From Penicillus capitatus (lineage: Eukaryota; Plantae; Chlorophyta), in the NCBI GenBank assembly GCA_965649825.1, contig OZ287694.1:2327413-2368801 (forward strand): a stretch of 41,389 nucleotides of DNA. The letters run 5' to 3'. The translations under genes were made by a program, and so were the position numbers. Position 1 is the stretch's first letter, and every line of letters begins with the position of its first letter. The notes beneath the pieces are model-generated. The model saw nothing but the letters and a program-made list of their open reading frames with translations. It was not told the origin of the DNA and did no database searches. Below are positions 34,174 to 41,389 of this stretch, piece after piece.

Positions 34174-37157
34174 AATCTCCGAAGGAAGTCACGATGGACA
34201 TTGTGCAGCGTCGAACCATTGGGCATACGGATATCCCACCGGTGGTCACTATGTTCTTTCACTACCACACAAGGATAGACCCATTTGGAGTATAGTTTGG
34301 AGTCGAGGCGGTCGGCCAACTTCGAGTTGTACCACGAGACCTCGGCTCCCACTTCAATGGGACGGATCTTAACTTTCTTGTGGTGCCTTGTCTTATTTTG
34401 CTGGTGTGCCTTAATTATTCGTTGATAAGCTAGTCCTCGGTCGGTGTCCAGCTGTGGTGGACTAGTTATCGTGCCGTTCCGTTGTGTGCCAGTTAGAAGG
34501 TATTGTGGACAGAACAGAGTCGTACTATGAATCGTTCGGTTGATCTCATGCACGCTCGTGCTCACATGTGTCGTCCAATCACCCCCCTTTTCCGCCCATA
34601 TCCTCCGAAGTCGATTTACGAGGTTTCGGTTGAACGCCTCGACAGTGCCTGCACTTTTGTGGGAATAGGTTGGGGTGTGTAGCAGATCAATTCCGTGCTG
34701 TGCGCAGGTACTCTCGAAGCTCCTGGCAATGAAGGCGCTTCCGTTGTCGCACAGGATCCTCTGTGGAGCCCCAAAGTTTCGTGCCCATTCGAGTACCAGC
34801 TTAATAGCCTGTGCTGCCGAGCACGTCTTACATGGGCGCCCCATGCCAAACTTAGTGAAAGCGTCGATCCCGGTAGCGATATACCGAAACCCGTGGCTGC
34901 CACGGTTCAGCGGTCCTATGAAGTCTAGACACAGTGTGTGGTTCGGGGATGGACTGTCAATCATACCCAAGTCCACCTCAGATCGTGGGTTGCGAAACAT
35001 TTGGCACGTCTCGCAGTTATTGACGTAATCTCGCACGTCATTGAAGTCGTTCGTCCAGCGGGTACCGTCGGACCGCAGGTTCAGGAATGTCTTCTTGACC
35101 CCGAAGTGGCCTGCATGCGCCTTCTTGATGAGCTCGGTCCGTTCTTCCGGAGTATAGGATACGGAGTTCACTTGATATCCCTGTTGCTTCTTCTTGGTGT
35201 GAAATTCGACAGGTGCGTTGTCTCTCCATCGGCTGAGAAGATCCGCTATCACGTTGTCCTTCCCCTCTACAAAACAGAAGTGGAGACGATCATGGGAAAA
35301 GTGGTGCCGGAGCCAGCAATGCTGTCTCTGGATCCGGAGGTCCTTGAACTTGTGCAGGAATGTCGGCTCCTTGAGCCAATTGACCGTCGCCATGTTGTCG
35401 GAGTAAACGAATACCTCCGTCTGCTTGATCACAAAGTAACATTCCTTCAAGGCCCGTACTATTCCCATCAGTTCTCCCAGAAAGCTTCCGACCCTCTGTT
35501 TCGTCGTGAAGGAGCCAAAGAGAACAGGTTGCAAGGTCGAGTTAAGCAATACGTATCCGAACTGGTTGAGTGGGTTACCACACCAATCCGTATACAGATG
35601 GAATGGCCCCCTTCTTTCCAACGTCAGTCGGTACGTACTGATGCATAGAGATTGAACTGCGTCCTTGTAGATCTCGTCAGCTTTGGTGTAGTCATTGTGT
35701 TCGCGCTTCAGGAATGGCTTGAGTTGCGTGACGATCGCGTCGTATTTGTAACAGTACTGTGCCAGTTGCTGGCACAGACCCATGGCCTTCTGAACGTCGT
35801 GACGTGATGTGATTGTCGGCAGCTTCTGGAGTATGGCCTGGGCCCTGTGGTAGGGGTTTAGCGTCCCGGCACTGAGCTCAGTACCCAGAAAGCTCACCGA
35901 AGTCTCAAACCAGTCACACTTTTGGCAGTTGATCGTCAAGCCATATTCGTCGAAACGTTTCAATAAAAGCTTGGTCTTGTCGAGGAGTTCCTCCTCGGTT
36001 TCGCCGCCGATCAATATGTCATCGAAGTATCGTATCACATCCAACCCCTGCAGGATGTGGGTCATGCGGTTATTGAAAAGCTCCGGACTGACGTTGACGC
36101 CTTGTGGCAGTCTTCGAAAGCCGTACGTCACGCCGTTCCAATGTAGTGCAAAGAAAAGCGAAATATTGTCGTCGATGGGGATGGAGCCGTAGCCGTGAAC
36201 AATGTCCACGATGGTGTATACGGTCCACTTGGGATCCACCTTCTGGATGATGTTCGACACCGGAATGATGGTCCCCCCTTGCGTTCCTTCGAGGTACGTG
36301 TTGATGTCGCGGAAGTCAATGGTGGGCCGGATCTTGCCATTCGGTTTGCGTATAAAGTTCAAAGGTGCTACGACGGCGTGTATTGCCTCGGCAACAGACA
36401 ACGGTCGTATGACACCCTCCTTGTTTAGCGAATCGATCTCTTTTGAGATCTCTTCGTTGGTGAGACCCGAGACGTAGTTCTCCCTCCAGCATGGCTTAGG
36501 CTCGCCCATCCAACAAAGATCCCTGTTGCGTACCCTGATGTCCCACAGCCTGCTGGTCGTCGGGCGAATGGTGTCCGAAAAGACCAGGGGAAATTCTTGT
36601 CTTAGCCGAGCCACTATCGCATCCTTGTCGATTGGTGTAGTGATGCTCATGATATTGACACGTTTGGTCTTTATTCGCAGCGGGTACTCTGTCCCATCAA
36701 CATCGACGATGGATTCCACGTCACCCTTGGCACAGCACAATCGCATCTTGCTGGTGATATGCTGTGGAACATCGGATTGGTTGAAGATTACCACGCTGAT
36801 CTGACCATTCGTGTGTACCTTGACCTTGCAGAAAATGTTTTTATTGTGGGTGCAGTCAAAGAATGCAGTCCAGGTTGTTGTTTCCGAGAACTTGAAAGGT
36901 AAGATGATACGGCGACTCCGAAAGGGTCCTAACACAAAACTTCTCCCTGCCATGAAGACGATCCAGCCGTTTTGCTTGAATGGGAATAGCTCCCGGTCAA
37001 TGGATTCTGTGACTTGGAGTGGTGAAGGTGTTAGTCTTTCTTCTTGTCTATTTGGCGGTGTCTCGTCGTTCCAGTTCGATTTCACTAGTACCAGGCGTTT
37101 CACGTGCGGCTTCTGTTGTGCGTCATGCGCCTGCTGAAAAACAGGCTGGTCCCTCAG
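34161..37157 (-). CDS. pol: Pol (-1 frame): degenerate dUTPase-like domain, RT, RNase H, integrase
   Basis: RT: RKPNGKIRPTIDFRDIN, RLPQG, YFDD at 36018-36029. RNase H: LYTDW, ELMG, YSDN. Integrase: HAGH...CETC, LDFIGP, CDNGSAF, VEAFN. The frame is open upstream to the slippery site (KKLRDQPVFQQAHDAQQKPHVKRLVL). Confidence 0.95.
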   Translation of the reverse strand: MRDQPVFQQAHDAQQKPHVKRLVLVKSNWNDETPPNRQEERLTPSPLQVTESIDRELFPFKQNGWIVFMAGRSFVLGPFRSRRIILPFKFSETTTWTAFFDCTHNKNIFCKVKVHTNGQISVVIFNQSDVPQHITSKMRLCCAKGDVESIVDVDGTEYPLRIKTKRVNIMSITTPIDKDAIVARLRQEFPLVFSDTIRPTTSRLWDIRVRNRDLCWMGEPKPCWRENYVSGLTNEEISKEIDSLNKEGVIRPLSVAEAIHAVVAPLNFIRKPNGKIRPTIDFRDINTYLEGTQGGTIIPVSNIIQKVDPKWTVYTIVDIVHGYGSIPIDDNISLFFALHWNGVTYGFRRLPQGVNVSPELFNNRMTHILQGLDVIRYFDDILIGGETEEELLDKTKLLLKRFDEYGLTINCQKCDWFETSVSFLGTELSAGTLNPYHRAQAILQKLPTITSRHDVQKAMGLCQQLAQYCYKYDAIVTQLKPFLKREHNDYTKADEIYKDAVQSLCISTYRLTLERRGPFHLYTDWCGNPLNQFGYVLLNSTLQPVLFGSFTTKQRVGSFLGELMGIVRALKECYFVIKQTEVFVYSDNMATVNWLKEPTFLHKFKDLRIQRQHCWLRHHFSHDRLHFCFVEGKDNVIADLLSRWRDNAPVEFHTKKKQQGYQVNSVSYTPEERTELIKKAHAGHFGVKKTFLNLRSDGTRWTNDFNDVRDYVNNCETCQMFRNPRSEVDLGMIDSPSPNHTLCLDFIGPLNRGSHGFRYIATGIDAFTKFGMGRPCKTCSAAQAIKLVLEWARNFGAPQRILCDNGSAFIARSFESTCAQHGIDLLHTPTYSHKSAGTVEAFNRNLVNRLRRIWAEKGGDWTTHVSTSVHEINRTIHSTTLFCPQYLLTGTQRNGTITSPPQLDTDRGLAYQRIIKAHQQNKTRHHKKVKIRPIEVGAEVSWYNSKLADRLDSKLYSKWVYPCVVVKEHSDHRWDIRMPNGSTLHNVHRDFLRRLDRR

Positions 37158-37163
37158 TTTTTT
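37098..37163 (-). promoter_or_regulatory. Predicted -1 programmed ribosomal frameshift signal
   Basis: A AAA AAC heptamer (37163-37157) directly before the ORF1 TGA; -1 frame continuous with pol; downstream GCCTG/CAGGC hairpin at 37129-37146. Confidence 0.8.
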
Positions 37164-40100
37164 GAAACAGAAACGTTGTGGATGAGTATTTTGTTACCTT
37201 TGTCGTCATAGACTGCATCCTCCTCGCAGTTGAGCTGCAACTTGAATGCCTGAAGGGCCTGCATTCCCAGAATCGGGCGTTGGACACCTTCACAGACGAC
37301 AAATGGTATCTCGGCGCTCTGTTTCCCGAGGGTGCACAACAAAGAGATCTCGCCACTCGTCTTGGTCGTCTTGTTGTTAAAGCTAATCACGTCCCGAACT
37401 TTCGACGACCTTAGGACCAAGTTGTGTTTCCTCGCCAGCTTCGCTGGAAGGACATTCGTTTGCGCACCGGTATCCAGCAGGCAAGAGATCTTTCCGGCAA
37501 TGTCCTCCATGCTGAGTGGGACATTGTACTGTAACATCCTTCGAGACTCTTGGCGCTGTACCGGATTCGTCTGTGCCACGGTCCTTGATTCTGGTGCCTT
37601 TGGAGTTTTCGTGACCGTGGGGCAGTCCTTCCAGGAGTGGCCTTTCTGACCGCATCTTTCGCATGTGTGCCCGACGTCTTGACGCATGTTCTTCCGGCCA
37701 TCCGCCCTGGCGTGTCCTCGACTGTTCTGTTCCTGTTCCAGACACTCGTCGATGATCAGTTGCACACGCGGCCAATTCTCTGCATTTCCCCACGGCAACC
37801 CACGCAGGCGTGACTGGATGTGTGCATTCGCGATGTTGAAGATCCGCTCAGTCGCTGTAGCGTACTTGAGTGGGTCTTGTACCAACTCAAGTAGCTTCGA
37901 CATTCTTCGTGCGAACTGAGACAGATTCTCCTTTCGTTTGGGCAACAGCGTGTGCACGTCCTTCATGGAGGGTCCCTTCTCGTTGTGTCTTGTGGGTGCG
38001 TGACTCACTGGTGTGCGTGGGGTTGCGGCATCCTTTTCCTGACGCTTTTGTCCCTCTTGCTGTCGTCGCGTGGCCTTTTGAACGTCGGGTGACAATTCAG
38101 GGTGATGCTGCTCACAGCTAACCTGCTGAATTCGTGTCCGATCCTCGACTGCTTCTAATCGCTGTCCGATACTGGTAAAGCTCGCTTCAAGACTTGTCTC
38201 CATTCTCCCTTGTCTATTGACAAGTCTCCTTTCGAGGTCTTCGGCGCGTCTCATGAGCTCCTCTTGCATTGCCTGTATACCTTCCATCAGGGATTGTATT
38301 AAGCCTCCTTGTTCAGTGTCTCGACGGGTCTCTGATAACGGATCTGGGTGGATTTCAGTCACTATATTCTGTTGGTTTGCCCGTCGTGGCGACTGCTGAG
38401 CCGGCGGAGGCGGTGGCGACTGCTGAGCCGGCGGAGGCGGTGGCGACTGCTGAGCCGGCGGAGGCGGTGGCGACTGCTGAGCCGACTCCTGGGTGGTCTG
38501 TTCTTGAGTCGGTTGTTGCGCCTGAGCCCCTTGTCCCCGCATCAGATTCCACACGATTCTGAGTAGCCAGCAAATCCCCTGGGTTATGGCTACGATTCGC
38601 ATCACAACCTTGCGGATGTTCCTGAATACATTCAAAATCCACGCGGCGACGTTGTATAGAAGCATAGCAGCGCCTACCAACTGCCAGCCGTTCCCCGTAG
38701 CCAGGGCGCTACGAATTGCTTTGATTCCAAATTTATCCCATAGTGTGCCTAACACCCATGTAACTGCGTTATCACGGGTACCGGTTAGCCATTTTATAGA
38801 GCGGTCGTGGAATGTATCATTCCCGTGACTGCTCTCCCAACCGTTAGCCTGGCTTTCGCAGATGCAATCGTCTAGAGCCGTCTTCATGTTGCCTGTGTGT
38901 TCGTTGATCTTGTTTATTGTCTCGCGGATATTATTGAGAGTGTCATTGAGGTGCTGCCAATCGACATTAGAACTCTTAGCATGTGACTCTTGTGACGTTT
39001 CAGGTCCTTGGTTGTCTGTCGACGAACCATTTACCGTGATGTTCAGGAACTGGGTGATGCCGTCCAAGGTCTCTGCGACGTGTCGCACTTCTCCTACGAG
39101 AGAGGACTTCCTAGATGGGAAGTTGTTGATGATCGAGACTGTCGCAGTCGTCAACAAACTCGCTGGGGAGAATACGGACAACACACCTCTGTTTGTCGCC
39201 CAGTTGACGATCCCATGAGCAGTAAGACCTACGACAGCACTAGTGATCATTGCGTCAATATAGTCTGGCCAAGTGATGTCGATTCCCATTCTGAAGTCGG
39301 GGATCATGTACCAAGATTGCCCATCTTCGACAGGTAGAGCATCTCCCATCTCGTGCAAATTGAAGACATTTTCTGGAGGGAGTTCTTGTTCTGTCCATTG
39401 GTCTTCGGACTCTTCGGACTCTTCGGACTCTTCGGACTCTTCGGACTGTTCGGGATCGGATCGCGGAGCCTCCTCGTCGAATAGATCTTCCGCCAATTCT
39501 ACCGGAATCTCGTATTCGTCATACTCGAGCTTGTAAGCTTCCGCGCTGGGTTCCGAATCCATCGGCAAGTCCGTATTAGTTTGTACGTCTTCATGTTCTG
39601 CGACGGGGATAGCGAACTCAAAACGCCTGCGGAGGGCTCTGGCTGAGCCGGCTATGGTGCGTCTGTCTTCTTCGGCATTTGTGTCTGTACACACGAGGTC
39701 ATATATCTTCTGTCTAGATGCGTCCAGCACCGCTTTTGGTTCCCACGTCTGTGAATGAGGATTGCCCGGGATTAGTAGGAAGAAGGACATTCCTGTAGCC
39801 AGAATCGGCTTTCCTCCCCAATGTATCAAGGAACCCTCGCCGAGAAGCATGATCAGCATATTGGCTTCCTCGTACGTAATGCCTTCGCTTGCGTCATAGA
39901 AGATGATGCCGTTAGGGCACTTTTTGACGAAGACCGCGATCTCCCTTTGAATTATTCTAGCCTCATTCACAGATTTGGATTGCGGTTTAATATACTTGAA
40001 ACAACTGCTCTTTTGCAGACTAGGCTCATTCTTGATTCCGTTAACCAGTGAGTCGCATGTACTTGTCGTACAGTAGAGAACTGTAGACGTCGCTTTATCG

Positions 40101-40321
40101 TAAAAGTTGTTGTCTACCTTGTCGTTTATACTACGAGCAAGGTTATCGACATACTGATCTATCCAGTCTCCGCCACCGCGGATGTTTTCCTGGATGCTTG
40201 TTAGGGTTTTATTCCGTAACCCTATTATTTCATCCTTCCAGCCAAACCATGAGCCGTGCGTGACGGCGGCAAAGTGTAGAAGAACCCACAACAGTATTGG
40301 AAGCACTCGCTCCGAAACCAT
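37154..40321 (-). CDS. gag-pro: 1055-aa ORF1: signal peptide - AAA+-like (torsin/ClpB-D2-like) domain - acidic linker - Env-like/TM region - Gag (CA-like, CCHC) - aspartic protease
   Basis: MVSERVLPILLWVLLHFAAVTHG leader; IAVFVKKCPNGIIFYD...MLLGEG...GKP; TM-like WQLVGAAMLLYNVAAWILNVF; MHR-like KENLSQFARRMSKL; CERCGQKGHSWKDC at ~37620-37663; LLDTGA and ILGM protease motifs. Confidence 0.88.
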   Translation of the reverse strand: MVSERVLPILLWVLLHFAAVTHGSWFGWKDEIIGLRNKTLTSIQENIRGGGDWIDQYVDNLARSINDKVDNNFYDKATSTVLYCTTSTCDSLVNGIKNEPSLQKSSCFKYIKPQSKSVNEARIIQREIAVFVKKCPNGIIFYDASEGITYEEANMLIMLLGEGSLIHWGGKPILATGMSFFLLIPGNPHSQTWEPKAVLDASRQKIYDLVCTDTNAEEDRRTIAGSARALRRRFEFAIPVAEHEDVQTNTDLPMDSEPSAEAYKLEYDEYEIPVELAEDLFDEEAPRSDPEQSEESEESEESEESEDQWTEQELPPENVFNLHEMGDALPVEDGQSWYMIPDFRMGIDITWPDYIDAMITSAVVGLTAHGIVNWATNRGVLSVFSPASLLTTATVSIINNFPSRKSSLVGEVRHVAETLDGITQFLNITVNGSSTDNQGPETSQESHAKSSNVDWQHLNDTLNNIRETINKINEHTGNMKTALDDCICESQANGWESSHGNDTFHDRSIKWLTGTRDNAVTWVLGTLWDKFGIKAIRSALATGNGWQLVGAAMLLYNVAAWILNVFRNIRKVVMRIVAITQGICWLLRIVWNLMRGQGAQAQQPTQEQTTQESAQQSPPPPPAQQSPPPPPAQQSPPPPPAQQSPRRANQQNIVTEIHPDPLSETRRDTEQGGLIQSLMEGIQAMQEELMRRAEDLERRLVNRQGRMETSLEASFTSIGQRLEAVEDRTRIQQVSCEQHHPELSPDVQKATRRQQEGQKRQEKDAATPRTPVSHAPTRHNEKGPSMKDVHTLLPKRKENLSQFARRMSKLLELVQDPLKYATATERIFNIANAHIQSRLRGLPWGNAENWPRVQLIIDECLEQEQNSRGHARADGRKNMRQDVGHTCERCGQKGHSWKDCPTVTKTPKAPESRTVAQTNPVQRQESRRMLQYNVPLSMEDIAGKISCLLDTGAQTNVLPAKLARKHNLVLRSSKVRDVISFNNKTTKTSGEISLLCTLGKQSAEIPFVVCEGVQRPILGMQALQAFKLQLNCEEDAVYDDKGNKILIHNVSVSKN
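38391..38484 (-). repeat. 27-bp in-frame tandem repeat encoding (AQQSPPPPP) x3 plus a partial copy
   Basis: GACTGCTGAGCCGGCGGAGGCGGTGGC x3 + 13 nt. Confidence 0.95.
39402..39446 (-). repeat. 9-bp in-frame tandem repeat encoding an SEE acidic run
   Basis: TCTTCGGAC x5. Confidence 0.95.
40309..40320 (-). promoter_or_regulatory. Primer-binding site, initiator-tRNA-Met-like
   Basis: TGGTTTCGGAGC immediately after the 5' LTR, vs plant-type iMet PBS TGGTATCAGAGC (2 differences, one of them wobble-compatible). Confidence 0.7.
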
Positions 40322-40624
40322 GTCGCGTAGGTTTTTGGATGGAAACAATTTTAAAGGTGGGCGCACGTAGACCTGTGAAACGTAAAGTCTTACAAACGAA
40401 AGACAAGTTCTGTACATCTACAACGCTTTTATAGGGTACTTTATTTTAAGTAACAAAAAGGAATATTCTGCAAAGATCCGGAATCTACTTGGAATCTGTG
40501 ACGTAGAGCCGCGGGTCTATTTGTGGATGGGAAGGTATAGAGAACCTACGACCTGTCACCTGGAGATCGACACAAGTGTAGGTAGATGAGCGCATTATCG
40601 CGAGCGCTACGCCTTAACACGACA
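40321..40624 (-). repeat. 5' LTR with TATA box
   Basis: Matches 33848-34151; TATAAAA on the minus strand at 40427-40433. Confidence 0.97.
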
Positions 40625-41389
40625 GCGTCTGTATAGGAGTGACCGTAACCGTACTGGCAAGAACCGCAGAGGATGCCTTCGTATCCCTCGGCACACTGAG
40701 GGTACTCCGGGAACGTCGGCATTGGGCTTCCTCTTCGAACATATTCCTCGACCGCCTCCAGATTCTCGTCGACTCTGGATGGATTCTCGTAAAACTCGGT
40801 CAGAACCCGCTCTCTTCCAGGATAGGAGCATGCGTCGGGGTGGACGCACTTGTGGATGCAGGGTGAGAATGGCGAGGAATGCCAGTAGCCATCGGACGGC
40901 ACCAAGGCCGCCCCGCCGGCGCATTTGGCATTGTCTTCGCATCCTCGGCAATCAAGAGACGGATCGAAACCGTACTGCTCACTCGGACAGCTTTTGCAGG
41001 TTTCATCCTGCTGTCTTTCTCCTGGGCGACATTCCCTCGTCGAGAAAGACAACACCAGACGGACGCCTGGGTTGCTCTCGCTTTCGATCGTGACGTTGCT
41101 GGAGATGCCGACGCCCCACGCCATGGTGTTGTTGATGACAGCGACGCCTTCGACGGCCGTATACCTGAGATCGCCCACGATGTTGTTGGAAACTAGTGTG
41201 AGGCGGAGACTGGCATCGTCGATGCCTCGAGTGATCGTCTGATAGAAAATGTCCTGCACAATGATCCGCAGCTTTGACGAGTGACATGGATCGCTGCCTT
41301 TTTTGCACGGAAGGGCCAAAGAGTCTCCGCTGGCCACCTGCTTCAACTGAGAGCCATCCAGCCCTTTAACGGACAGATATGCGGCCTTA
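40625..41389 (-). CDS. Cys-rich ectodomain of a PMP-like multi-TM receptor-like protein, interrupted by the LTR element (partial)
   Basis: RECRPGE, CKSCPSEQYGF, CEDNAKCAGGAALVPSDGYWHSSP, QCAEGYEGILCGSCQYGYG. The frame is open from the window edge to the LTR. Confidence 0.75.

Larger units (their letters stand above)
33848..40624 (-). mobile_element. Intact, very young Ty3/gypsy (Metaviridae-like) LTR retrotransposon, 6777 bp
   Basis: Two 304-bp LTRs that appear identical by eye, with TGTCG...CGACA ends. PBS, PPT, two uninterrupted ORFs, domain order PR-RT-RNaseH-IN. Confidence 0.97.

Noticed and set aside
34938-35648. 236-aa antisense ORF within pol
   Set aside because: No recognisable motifs; typical shadow ORF opposite a long coding sequence.
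40322-40417. ORF1 start at 40417 inside the LTR (MYRTCLS...)
   Set aside because: Only ~10 nt downstream of the TATA, so likely upstream of the TSS; the same 32 codons appear in the 3' LTR ORF simply because the LTR is duplicated.

Overview
The window looks like a chimera. Positions 1-~3038 are bacterial-type fragments: a Bacteroidota-like thioredoxin, a truncated ubiX, a CHAT-domain tail, an intact metF, and an AT-rich beta/gamma-crystallin ORF. They abut eukaryotic DNA with short 39-60 nt GT-AG introns from ~3039 onward; a green-algal (Bryopsidales-like) host is only an inference from gene families. The eukaryotic part is a fast-evolving accessory region. It holds (i) five paralogues of a MATH-repeat + USP7-type UBL gene with no deubiquitinase domain, one ending in a spliced MDM2-type C2H2C4 RING that the ORF track misses; (ii) decayed pieces of a Cys-rich multi-TM receptor-like family, a Nop14-like relic and a Penelope-like RT relic; (iii) a Tc1/mariner deletion derivative, two solo-LTR-type insertions, a hierarchical satellite and an orphan ORF with a clear Pol II promoter; and (iv) an intact, very young Ty3/gypsy element (33848-40624, identical 304-bp LTRs). 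The first ORF of this element is highly unusual: signal peptide, torsin/ClpB-like AAA+ pseudo-ATPase, glycosylation-site-rich Env-like segment and TM helices, all fused in frame to Gag (CCHC) and protease. Pol is reached through an A-AAA-AAC -1 frameshift and carries a degenerate dUTPase-like domain before RT. All family assignments are by motif recognition from memory; no searches were run.
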